Of a stretch of DNA of 64,000 bases, positions 37,047 to 47,997 are shown piece after piece. The DNA is taken from contig NW_005201392.1 of NCBI RefSeq assembly GCF_000372725.1, positions 1,121,184 through 1,185,183 of the forward strand, written 5' to 3'. The notes under the pieces are model-generated. The model saw only the letters and a list, made by a program, of their open reading frames with translations, had not been told where the DNA came from and did not search any database. The DNA is from Emiliania huxleyi CCMP1516. Its lineage: Eukaryota. A program made the translations under genes and the position numbers. Numbering within the stretch: the stretch's first letter is position 1; every line of letters starts with the position of its first letter.

Positions 37047-38138
37047 CTAGGAGCCGTCCGAGTCCGAGTTGTACGCACCCAATAGGTTGAGCCCGCCCGA
37101 CGGGGGCGCTGGCTGCACCAGGCCCGAAAAGTTGTAGTCGGGTGCCGCCTCCGTCGGCGGCAACGGCGGGGGAGGGCGCGCCGCCGCGGGCCTGGAGCGA
37201 GAGGCGACGAACTCGAGCGCCGCGGCCTTGCGCTGCAGCAGCTCCTGCGCTCGAGCCACGGCGCGCGCGGTGCCGGAGAGGGTCGCGACGCCGCCCTGCA
37301 GCAGCACCTGCGCGCCCGAGTCGGCCTGCAGCTGGGAGACGCCGGCGCGGCGCTTCGCCGTGAGGGACGCCGTGAGGGCGGGCGAGAGGGGCACGGTCGC
37401 CGAGACGGCGGTCGCGGCAGTCGGCCTCTCCCAGCTCGAGGTTTGCGTCGGCGAGTGGAAGTAGTACGCGTACCCCTCGGGAGATGTGCCCTCCACCCAC
37501 CCCTCTGGCAGCGGCGGTGGCGCGGCCTCGTCGTGCGCCGCTGGGTCGGGGCCGTCAGCGTAGTAGCCGACCCCTTGCTCGCCCGCCTTGAAGACGTAGC
37601 CAGGCCGTGCGCCCGCAAACGTTGCCGCCGCCTCGAACCGCGGAGCGCCGAAAGGCGGAAGGCGGAAGGCGGCGGCGCCGTTTGCGCTCCCTGCGCCGCT
37701 CGTCGCCGCCGCCGCGGCGGCGGCCTCCCTCGCGAAGCGCGCGGTCGCCGCCGCGAGCCGATCCGAGTGAATCCGTGCATACGTGCGCGCGGCGTCGTCG
37801 ACGTGGACAGAGATCACGCCGAGGTCGAGGAGCTCCTCCGGAACGAGGTGGTGCTTCCCGAGGTCGCCCGGCCAGCCAGTCACTGTCGAGCGGCCCGGCG
37901 GCTCCTTGAAGACCTGGCCTCCGGTCCGAAGCTTCTCCGACAGGAAGCGGAGCGCACCGCGCCGCCACACTGTGTGCAGACGGTGCTGCTCCCGCTGGCC
38001 GTAGCCTTCGCCGCCGCCCTCGACGAGGTCGGCGCGGTCGTGATCGTTGCCGTAAAGGAGCTTCCGCTTCTTGGAGAAGACGTGCGCCGAGTCCGAGCCC
38101 TGGCGCTTGTCCCATGGGCCGGGCTCGAAGAGGCTCAT
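37047..38138 (-). CDS. WW + KH-like domain protein (single exon)
   Basis: LPEGWVEGTSPEGYAYYFHSPTQTSSWERP (WW); SLTAKRRAGVSQLQADSGAQV..ATLSGT..AVARA (degenerate KH); FAGARPGYVFKAGEQGVGYYAD motif. Confidence 0.8.
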   Translation of the reverse strand: MSLFEPGPWDKRQGSDSAHVFSKKRKLLYGNDHDRADLVEGGGEGYGQREQHRLHTVWRRGALRFLSEKLRTGGQVFKEPPGRSTVTGWPGDLGKHHLVPEELLDLGVISVHVDDAARTYARIHSDRLAAATARFAREAAAAAAATSGAGSANGAAAFRLPPFGAPRFEAAATFAGARPGYVFKAGEQGVGYYADGPDPAAHDEAAPPPLPEGWVEGTSPEGYAYYFHSPTQTSSWERPTAATAVSATVPLSPALTASLTAKRRAGVSQLQADSGAQVLLQGGVATLSGTARAVARAQELLQRKAAALEFVASRSRPAAARPPPPLPPTEAAPDYNFSGLVQPAPPSGGLNLLGAYNSDSDGS

Positions 38139-38433
38139 GAAAGCGACTCTGAAAGCACCTCGGCGTGCGCGATCGCGCTTACTTCCTCCACACCCCAGTC
38201 AGTGCCCAAATCCACACTTTTCAATGTACTTTTAGCTTACTGGGAGAAAAGGGAGAGGGGGTTGTGTTCTCTAGGCCCCTAAGGGCCCTACGCGCGGCGT
38301 GAGAGCTCGGAAGCGAGCTTTGCAGGGCGATCGCGAGGATGGCGCGGTCGGTTCACCCCCTTCACCGAAGCGATGGAGATGCGTTCCGCGTGGTGTGACA
38401 CAAATGAGAGGCGGGAGTGGGGAGGGTACGCGC

Positions 38434-38566
38434 GTCTGAACCACAGCGTGTCCCGGTCCATAGTTTCTCTTCTTATCCGTTACCATGTAGAGCAAGGCCG
38501 AGGGCGGGCCCTTTCGGGCTCGGGCCGCCCTCTCGCCCGCACCTCTGGCTCTGCGGGGCTTGCACG
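38434..38566 (+). repeat. Dispersed repeat, copy 2
   Basis: Near-identical to 41369-41495. Confidence 0.85.
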
Positions 38567-41368
38567 TGGCAGCGGCGGCTCAAGATCCCAGCGATCTCGA
38601 GTTCTTCACGCTATCCACTGCGCCGCGGCTTCGCCGCGCCCATCCAAGCCCAGGGCTTGGTTTGCTGATACCCGCATCTCGCTCTGCGCATCTCTGAGGC
38701 TACCCGCGCGCTGACTGCTACGCGCGCGGCGAGAGGCGCACCCCATCGGGGACAGGATTGAGGCCCCTGTACAAGCTCGGCAACGCCGCCGTCGTTGCCC
38801 TCCCGAGCCCTCAACACGATGCCGCACATTGCGCAAGCCGTTCTGCGCACATGCGGCTCCGGCTCAGTCAGGTCAGGAGGGCCCAGCCACTCGAGGGTCC
38901 TGTGTAAACGGGCATCCCCGAGTGTCTTCAAACCAAAAAGGGTGTGAATAGAGCTGTCTTGATGGTGCTGAGGACGAAGACACCTCAAACTTTGTTGAAG
39001 CCGAGAGTTATAGTTTTCATTAGCTCTGGCGAGGTACTTCCAGCCTGCTGTGGGAACAGCTGGACGCAGTCTCGCCGAGGCTCGCCCCAGCAGGCGTGAC
39101 CTGCCTCAGCAGTGCCAGGTCGGCCAGACTCAGCGCTCGATTGAGCCTCCGAGGCCCGGCATCTGGCCAGTGGGTGCACTGGACAGACTCGTGGAGGTGG
39201 TGGCAAAAAGTCCGACGCGACGCGTCCACCCGACTGCGCGGCTTGACGGCTGTCGTGCTGCGGGCACGACAGCCGTCAAGCTCTTGCCGCCGTACCGGTC
39301 GGCTGGAGACGCGCGCGCGCGACTCCCAGGGCAGTCTTTGGCATGGCCTCGCCTGCCTGCGCACCCGTGCGTGGCATGTCGCGCGCAAACATGGTCCTGC
39401 GCGTTGGCGCTGCCCACCATTGCGCCATTGCGCGCATGTGGACACGACCGTCGGTGACCACAGCAGCGTGTGCGTCTTGTGCTGTCCATGTCTTTTAGCT
39501 GTAAAACTCGCCCGGCGAATACCGACAGCGAGAGAGGGATCGCACGCGCGCGGCGCGCCAGCAGCAGCCCCGGGGGGCGCGCGCGCTCTCTCTGCCTCTG
39601 CGCAGAGCTCTGGGCAAGTGCGTGTGTGGCGCGCAGAGCGCGCGTCCGTTGCACGGTCCGACTAGGGCACCAATCGGCGCCGAACGCGCGCGCCAGAGCG
39701 GGCTGGGGTCGCTCGGTACATGCCCTGGCGCGCGCCAGGACGGCTGCCGAGGGCCTGCGGCAGGGGGCGAGGGTGAGCTTCAAGGACCAGAAAGGACCTC
39801 ACCGCCTGGGGGGATCTGCTCTGGGGTGACAGGGGATGGTTGGGTATGCGTGGCTACGTGTGCTATTGTGTGCTACTGGAGATCTGGGACCCTTCTCGGG
39901 CCCTCTCGAGCTCTGGCGCAGCGCCGCGCTGCAGGCTGTGCGAGTGGTGTGACGGCGCGCCTCTCGGTGGTTGGGCGTAGGTCGTGCCGTTGGAGGCCCG
40001 GAGCCGCGGCGGCGAGTCGCGCATATTCGTCGCCGGCGCGCGCGCCGGCTGTGAACAAACGTAGTCGAGAGGGGGACGCACGCACGCGCCCCTTGAACGA
40101 GGCTCGGCCGTCCCACAGACTTGACGAGGCGAGACTCGCCTCTCGGGTTGACTCGGCCAGACAAAAACCCCGAGAGGCGTGGGAGTACCTCGCCAGCATT
40201 AGCTGTGAATGGTTTATGCGCCCGCCGCAGACCGCCCTATTCCACTGGGACGCGCCACGGGCCACGAGAGCCCTGGTAGAGCCCAGCTGGCATGTTCTAT
40301 CGCCCGGGTGTCGGGCTGTCTGCATACAGACGTCTCGTCGCCGTGGCCGACGCGTGGTCCGACGTGTGGAGGAGTTTGACCTCAGCCAGGCCGTCGGTGT
40401 CGGCGGGCTGACGGCGGCCGCCGGAATCGCGATTCGCTCTGCCAGCTGCCAGCAGCCTCGCGTCGCCGCTCTCGTTGGCGCAGCAGCAGCGATTGGCCTT
40501 TGCGCCGTCGCTCGACGGCGTCACCGCCCATCCGACCTGCGCAGCTCCTGCAGCTCCTACAGCTCCTGCTGTCAGTTTTCCGCTCTCACGCAACTCACTC
40601 GCCGCGCGCGGATTGTGCGCCGCGCCAAGAAGGACACATGCTCATGCAAACAGTGCGAGAACTTGGTTGCGCCGCTTAGTGGCGGCGCTGCTTTAGAGGA
40701 AGCGGCAGCGTGGGAAGCAAAGCAGATGGAGGCGGCGCGGCATGCCAAGGAGCCGCTGCTGGCGGAGGTTGAGCGGCTAAGTGCAGCAAGGGCCAAGGGC
40801 AAGAAGGGCAAGAAGAAGAAGAAGAATGTGGGCGTGGGCGATGCGGGCGCCGCTAGGCTCAACGAGGAGGTGCTGTGCAGTTAGAGAGCTCGTAGTGAGC
40901 TCGATTTTGTGATGATAATTTGATGAGAAATATCTCAATTTTGAGCAAAAAACGGCCAAAAAATCGGCGCCTGCGGCGGGCCAGCCTCCGGCGGCGCCTG
41001 CGGCGGGCCACTGGGGCTGCCGCCCCAGACCCCGTTTACACATGAGCTATGCCCCACGACCTGAGCCGGAGCCTGCCGCAGGGAGGAGTTTTCACTCTTC
41101 CGTCTGAGTTTCTCCTTCCTGCAGGGCGAGAGACATCAGCCTCTCTACTTCCAGGGGAACATCTATGCCACACGCTATCCCTGGGACGGTCCACAACCCA
41201 CACTCTCGCTGCAGTCGATCCAGCCCTCGCACTCCCCACTGGAGATCTAGCCGAGGCCCCCAGGCTGGGACAGGATTGGAGCCCCTGTGCTGCGTCTGTG
41301 GTGATATGTGGGGGACACTTTCTCCTCCCTATTCATGTGAGTCACTCGACTGCGTCGAGGGGGGGGAC

Positions 41369-41495
41369 GTCTGAACCACAGCGTGTCCCGGTCCATAGTT
41401 TCTCTTCTTATCCGTTACCATGTAGAGCAAGGCCGAGGGCGGGCCCTTTCGGGCTCGGGCCGCCCTCTCGCCCGCACCTCTGCGGGGCTTGCACG
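41369..41495 (+). repeat. Dispersed repeat, copy 3
   Basis: Near-identical to 38434-38566. Confidence 0.85.
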
Positions 41496-43193
41496 ACGGC
41501 GGTGCGGTCAACGCCCGAGCGTTGAGCCTTGCGCGCAAGGCGGTTGATTTTTGTTTGTTTGCAAGGCGGGCGCGCTCTTCGGTGTTGCCGAAGGCGAACT
41601 TGTCTCCAACGGAGCCGGGGTTGCCTCCGGTGGCGGTGCGGCCGACCCCAAACGGGCAAGCCACCCCGGAGGGGGGTCCAAAGTTTGGGCTCAGGACATT
41701 GCTAGTCGGCTCCGCGACGCAGGACGGCGAGCCGCTGGGGCTTTTTCCTTCCCAGCAGCTCGTGGTGGCAGTAAACTGAAAAAGAATTCTTGCCCACCTT
41801 CATACCACCCAAGACAGCTTGGAGAGCTCCCGGTGACGCAACATTTCGTAACGATCGTCGCTATTGGCCATCTGCCTCCTGCAGCCTCTGTTGGGGCGGA
41901 ATGCGCGGGGTTTTCGGCGCGATGCCTCCGGCTAGTACACGGTACTGCTCTGCCGCAAACTCTCCTGCGCTCGCGTGACGTGTGGGGCGCACGCACTGCG
42001 CTCGAAAGTTGCGATTTGGCAATAGGCGCTCGAGCCGGCGCGCAGTGGAGGGGGCGCCGCGCAGGGGGATCGGGGGGGGGTGCGAGAGGGGGCGTGGGTC
42101 GGGCGCGCACCGGCCGGCTCCGGGAGCGGCCGTCACGTCGAAGAGGGGACCTGGTGCTGCTCGAATGACGACGCATGCCGCTCTGCTGCGCCGCCGATAG
42201 CCCCTCTTCCGAGCCGGCGCGTGGCGGCGAGCCGCGGCCAGTATCGCTGGTGCGGTGGAGGCGGCAGCTTGCATCGGCCGGCAGCGGGTGCGGCCATCAC
42301 GTCGATGAGGGGGGGTTGTCGGCGACTCGTGTGGCTCGAGGCCTACGCTGCGCCGCCCAAGCCCTACTGCCGATCCAGCGCCTGGCGTTTGGGGCGAGCC
42401 GCGGTCGTCGTCGCTGATGGTATATGGCGGCGGCGGCGGCGGCTCGCCCTTCCCTCCGGCCGCAATTCCGATCCCGCCGCGCTCGCGGGAGGTGGCGCGC
42501 CCACCGCAACACGGCCGTGGCTGCGCATACGTGGCTGGGTCCACAGCGATTGTAGGAAATTTGGGGGACCACTTGACGGTCGCGGCCTTCCGACTCGCGC
42601 CTCCGCCTCACTGGCACTATTGTAGCCCTGGCCGGTGCGCGTGCTCAGTTGAAGTTCCGGAGTAAAAATTCGAACGCGTTCTCTCACGGTGACCAAAAAA
42701 GTCCACCTCAGAGGCACCTCTGGAGGCAGGCCGCCGCACGCCGGCGACACAGCTCCAGCTGTCGAACTGACCCGCAGCTCCTCTCAGAGCGGGAACTGTG
42801 ACGAAAGTTGACTGAGGCGGTTGTCAGGAACCATCATACGGATCACATGGTGGCTCTCTCATGACGGGAGACCGCCCGACCACTCCTGGGTGGCACTGCC
42901 ACCGGTGTCGCTCGACGTCCTGTCGACAGCGTGCCGACAGCGACACAGACCATGTGGGACGCGTCGAGTATCGACCTCTACTGCTTACCCAGTCTTCGAG
43001 TGTATCCTGCCTGTGGTCCCACACCCACTGGTGTCCATCTCAGAGACCGCAGGAGGTCATGAGGGTCGATGGGAGTGCCAACCCCACAATGCCTAAAGAC
43101 CCAGCCCAGTACACCTTACGCCCTTTCTCCTCAACGGCTATCCGTGCTTGCTGTGCCCCTGCGTGGTGTGTTTCAAGTTCTTACAACCCAAGG

Positions 43194-43288
43194 TGATAGA
43201 GGGCAAAAAGATCGATTGCGCTCTTGCCGATCCGCACCTACCTAGGCTCTTGGGTGGCGCGCCCCAGCTCTTCACAACGAACCTGGTT
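43194..43288 (+). repeat. 95 bp dispersed repeat (second copy 55933-56027)
   Basis: TGATAGAGGGCAAAAAGATCGATTGCGCTCTTGCCGATCCG...CTTCACAACGAA(C/A)CTGGTT, one mismatch between copies. Confidence 0.9.
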
Positions 43289-43390
43289 GTCGGACGAGGT
43301 GCTCTCACCTGCTCACACAACCCTGCTCCCTCTTCCGGCTGTCGTGGCACCAGCCGTGCACTTCTGCAAAATCAAAACACACACCGTGCA

Positions 43391-44600
43391 ATGCGCAAAG
43401 TACTCTTCCAGCCGGACTACTTCATGAGCCCGCAGTTCGCGGGCCTCGCCGTGGCGCTTCGCACCGGGAGGTGCGTCTCGGCCTCAACCACTCCTCCACC
43501 TCTGTCTCCCACCCGTCGCCGCGACCTCCGGCAGGTACGCTCGCCGCGGCATCGAGCTGGACATCCTCCCTCTGGGCGGCGCCGGCGAGCGTGCCGAGGA
43601 GGTCTCAATCGTGGCGCGTGCCAAGGCTGACTCTCCCCTGCTCGTCGGCTCGACCGAGCAGTACATCCTGACCCAGGCCCTCCGCGACGGCACGCCCGGC
43701 GAGAGCGGGGTCCGCGCGGTCGCCGCCATGTTCGGCCGCTCGCCGCTAGCCCTGGCGGCGCTGCCCGGCCGCGAGCTGACAGGGCTCACGCAGGCCGCAG
43801 CCGAAGAGCTGCGCGTCGGCGTGCACGAGGACACGGTGGGCCTGGTCTCGCGGCTGCTGCCCTCCGCGGTGGTCGTGCCGGTCGGGCGGGACGACAAGAT
43901 GGAGCTCCTCCGCAGCGGTCAGATCGACGCGGCACAGGCGCGGCGTGTCTTCAGTCGAGACGGAGCCGGGCGCGCGTATCTCGCGCCAATCTCGCGCATG
44001 CGCCTCGCAGGTGTACGACGTGACCGAGACGCTGAAGATGGAGGCGGACCTGGGGGCCGCGCCCGCCCTCCTCCCACTCGAGGGCCTCGGAGGCGCGCGG
44101 CTCGGTTACGCGCAAGTCCTCTTTGCGGCGCACGCGCAGCTGCGTGAGCAGGACCAAGTCGCAACGCTGCAGGCGGTCCTCGCCCCCTCCCCCTCCCCCT
44201 CCCCCTCCCCCTCCCCGACGCGTCCCACCCGCCTCCAACGCCAGGACTTCCTCGCTGCAACCTTCGACGGGTGGGCGGCCGCGAAGAGCGACCCGCGCGC
44301 CGCCGCCGATGCGGTGATGGCCTTGATGGCAAACCAGCCCGCGCCTTCGGACCACTGGGACCACTCCCTCCCCTTCCACCAAGCGTCGGTGCGGCCGCTC
44401 GGACGGGGCAGCCGCCGAGGGTGCTCGCTCGACCCTGCCCCAAAGACGCGCCTCCTCCTCCTCCCTCCAAGGTCGAGCGCTGCTGGGACTATGTCCGGCG
44501 GGCGCGATGCGCCGGCAAGCTGGGCGCGATCGACGGGCGGCGCTGGGCCGAGGCGACGGAGTGGCTCGGCGGCAGCGGCGGCGTGCAGTCGCTGGATCCC
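43391..44600 (+). CDS. NMT1/THI5-like (periplasmic-binding fold) domain; N-terminal part of a fusion gene
   Basis: MRKVLFQPDYFMSPQFAGLAVALRTG|RYARRGIELDILP, VGSTEQ..L, VRAVAAMFGRSPLAL, LRSGQIDAAQ|VYDVTE, YAQVLFA, FLAATFDGW..A..DP..AA. Confidence 0.7.
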
Positions 44601-47390
44601 GCCGTGTGGACGTCGGACCCGCTGCTAGGGGACGGAGACTCGCTGGCCGCCTCCATCCTCGACAAGGCGCGAGGAGGGGGGGGGGGGGGGGCCTTTCTTT
44701 TTTCTTCTCCATTTTTCCTTCCCTCTTCCCTCTTCCCTTTCCTTTCTTTCCTCTTGTTTCCCCCGCTCCTTTCTCCCTTTGTTTTTTTCACTTGCCTTCC
44801 CCTTCTTCCCCCCTCCGTTCTCTCTTTTTTTTTTCTCTCCCTTCTTTTTTTTCCTCCTCTTTCCCCCCGCTTTTTTTTTGCTCCTTTTTTTTTTTTCTCT
44901 TCTTCCTTTTCCTTTCTCTCCGTCCAATGCACCGGTTAGCAGTTTTTTTTTCNNNNNNNNNNNNNNNNNNNNNNNNNNNNNNNNNNNNNNNNNNNNNNNN
45001 NNNNNNNNNNNNNNNNNNNNNNNNNNNNNNNNNNNNNNNNNNNNNNNNNNNNCATGGGAAAAGCTCCAGGGGCTTGGACTAAGCCCACCTCTTCTCCAAG
45101 AAGCGGAAGAGTGCTTTGAGGCAACGATCACGACCGCGCCGACCTTCTCCACTCCGGCGGCGAAGGCTACGGCCCCCGGGAGCACCACCATATGCTCACA
45201 GTGTCGCGCGGGGTGGAGGGGGCGCGTGGCTGGGAGGGTCCACCCGCCACCGCCACACCCCGCCACCCCGCCAGCCTCTGCTCACCCCTCCCCGGCCCCT
45301 CCTTGCGCACTGCGCTCAGGTGGCTGCAAAGGCAGCCGCCGTCCGCAGCGAGCGAGGCCAGCCCCCTCGCCTCGGCCTCGTCACTGTCGGCGAGCCTTCC
45401 TAGACACGTCCCAGACCCTACCTCGCCTCGGCCTCGTCACTGGCGGAGAAGGGGGGGGGGGGTCGCAAGGAACCAACTCGGAACCTTCCTGGAGCTGCCC
45501 CTGCAGGAGAGCTTGCCGAGGGGCACACCAGCGCTGGCGCTTCCTCGCGCGAGGCCATCGCACCGGCGAGATATAGCCGAGATATAGCCGAGATATAGCC
45601 GAGATATAGCCACCGTTCCGCACATCCACGACGCGTTCCCGCCCGCCGCCAGGCGGGCTATATCTCGGCTATATCTCGGCCATATCTCGGCTACATCTCG
45701 GCTACATCTCGGCTACATCTCGGCGAGATCTCCCCGCCTGGCGGCAGGCGGGCCAGAGCTGGTTCAACAAGGCGGGCCTTCTCGCTAGTGGAGCAGCTGA
45801 CTGGCTCACTCTCGCTCACTCGCCGCGGAGCGTCGCAACACAGGCGGCGGCCGGAGAGAAGCACGGCGTCCTCGTCGAGGAGCTCGACTTGCCGTACTCC
45901 ACCGCCACGCCCGACCTCCTCGCCGCCCTCGCCGCCCTTTCCCGCCGCTGCGACGGCGAGCCCTTCCGATGCGAAGACTCGCCTCCGCCGGGGCCTCCTC
46001 CAAGCCCCCCCCCCCCCCGCGCAGGCATCCAGCTGATGTGGCCTCTCCCCGCCCACGTCGACGCCGTCGCTGCCTACGGGGCGGTGCCGCCCCACCTGGA
46101 CGTCGACGGCGAGACCTAGCCGCGACCTAGCCTCGCCCAGACCTTAGCCTCGCCCAGACCTTAGCCTCGCCCAGACCTAGCGCCCACGCCTGGCGCCTCC
46201 CCCCCCCTGACCCCCACCCCCACCCTGACCCCGCCCCCCCAACCCTGACCCCCCCACCCCACCCCACCCTGACCCCGCCCTCCAGGCGCGCACTTCGTCT
46301 CGCGCTCCGAGTACAGCGGCTCAGATCTCCCCAGATCTCCCCATACCTCCCCACATCTCGCGCTCCGAGTAAGCGAACCGCTCCTGTGGTCTCCCCATAC
46401 CCCCCCCCCCCCTTCTCTCTCCCCGCAGGTACAATGGCGGCTCTTGCGTCGGCCGCACGAGCCGCGACCCTCGTCCGGGCCTGCGCGGCTGCCTGCCGGT
46501 CACTCCAGAGGGGGGGAGGGGGTTGGGGGGCGGTGCCGCGCGACTCTTCACACGTCTGCCTGCGAGCAGGTCACCCCCGAGGCCGTGCTGCAGCTGCTGC
46601 AGCAGCGAGGCGTCGCCCTCGCGGGAAGCCACGCGCTCGTCATCGGCCGCTCTCGCATCGTCGGCAGCCCGCTCGCGGCGGCGCTCCTCGCCGCAGACGC
46701 GACGGTGAGCGTGGCGCACAGCCGCACCAAGGGCCTCGCCTCCCTCTGCCGCTCCGCCGACGTGATTGTCTCGTGCGCCGGCTACCCTGGGCTGGTGCGC
46801 GGCGCGTGGGTCAAGGATGGCGCAGCCGTGGTGAGCGTCGGCACCACCTTCGCGGGCGAGCGTCTCCTCTCCGACCTCGAGGAAGCCGAGAGATGGCCGA
46901 GAGATGGCCGAGAGATGGTCGAGAGATCGCCGAGAGGGAGCCGAGAGGGAGCCGAGAGGGAGCCGAGAGATGGCGAGCGCCTCCTCTCCGAGGAAAGCGC
47001 GCAGCGGAGACGCAGCCGAGGCGAGCCGAGATGTGGCCGAGATGAGCCCCCGACATCGGTGTACGTTACTGTCAACGGCGTAGCCTTGCCCGGTTCGGCC
47101 TGGAGAGCAGCTCAGGCCCCCCTTTAGAATACGGGCCCCCCCCCCCCCCCTCTCCCACTCCCCCCCCCCACACACACACACCTTTCCCACCTCTCCCGCA
47201 GGAGGACTTGGAGGCCTTCCGCCACGCCGGCCTCGCCGCCGCCTCGCTTGTGGGACATGTCTCGCACGTGACCGTGGACGTGTCCCCGACATGTCCGAAG
47301 GCCTCGTCGTCACGTCGCCCGGCGGGGTGGGGCCCCTCTCGCTCGCGCTCCTCCTCCGCAACGTCGCCGACTCCGCCGCCCGCCGAGCGA
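44601..47390 (+). CDS. folD: FolD-like (methylene-THF dehydrogenase/cyclohydrolase) domains, many short exons; part of a fusion gene
   Basis: LLGDGDSLAASILDK|VAAK..PRLGLVTVG, SWFNK|AAAGEKHGV, GIQLMWPLPAHVD, HLDVDG.H, VTPEAVLQLL, VIGRSRIVGSPLA, DATVSVAHSRT, ADVIVSCAG, PGGVGPLSLALLLRN. Confidence 0.85.
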
Positions 47391-47997
47391 GCGACGGTGC
47401 AGTCGGAGGCGCCGACGAGCGCACCCCGCCCGCGAGCGCCGCCGCCGTCGACGCCTTCCTGCGCGCGAACAAGCACTGGGCGATGCTGCCCAAGCGCGGC
47501 GACGGACCCGGGCCGTCCGCGCAGAGGGCGCTAGTGCGCGAGGTGCGCGTGCCGTCGCACCGCGCGGCCGCCGACTTGCTCGATGCGGCGGCGGAGCTCG
47601 GCGGCCGGCTCTCGTCCACGAGCCGTTTCCCCCCGCAGGACCCGTCCACGAACCATCCTCTCGGCACCTTTTTGCAGGCGACCGGCTCGACCACCACGTC
47701 GCCCTCAGCGCCGTCGAGCATCGCTGCGAGGCAACTGCTAACTAGCTGCAAATGAACTGCTCATATGAACTGCTAATCAACCACGAGTCACCGCTGCGAG
47801 GCCTATTCACACCTCCTATTCACGCCTCCTATTCACGCCTCCTATTCACGCCTCCTATTCACCGCTGCGAGGCCGGGGTGCAGCTCACGCTCCACGCCTA
47901 CACCACCTCCACCGGCGACGTCACCGCCCACGACCTCGCGCTCGCCGCCGAGATCGAGCAGCTCTGCGAGCGCCCTTTTGTGCGGCAGCAGCTCTGA
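47391..47997 (+). CDS. Pterin-4a-carbinolamine dehydratase-like domain, in frame with FolD
   Basis: FL...KHW...ALVREVRVPSHRAAADLLDAAAEL|GDRLDHH...YTTSTGDVTAHDLALAAEIE. Confidence 0.7.

Noticed and set aside
39622..42750. Long Arg/Ala/Pro-rich ORFs here and antisense to real genes elsewhere
   Set aside because: Expected from scarcity of stop codons in high-GC DNA; no recognisable motifs
44690..44952. T/C-rich ORFs (Phe/Leu-rich on +, Lys/Arg-rich on -)
   Set aside because: Looks like low-quality read tail after a G-run next to an N gap; not coding
46882..47201. GA-AG intron in the FolD region
   Set aside because: A GC donor 3 nt downstream also gives an in-frame product, so a GA donor is not required
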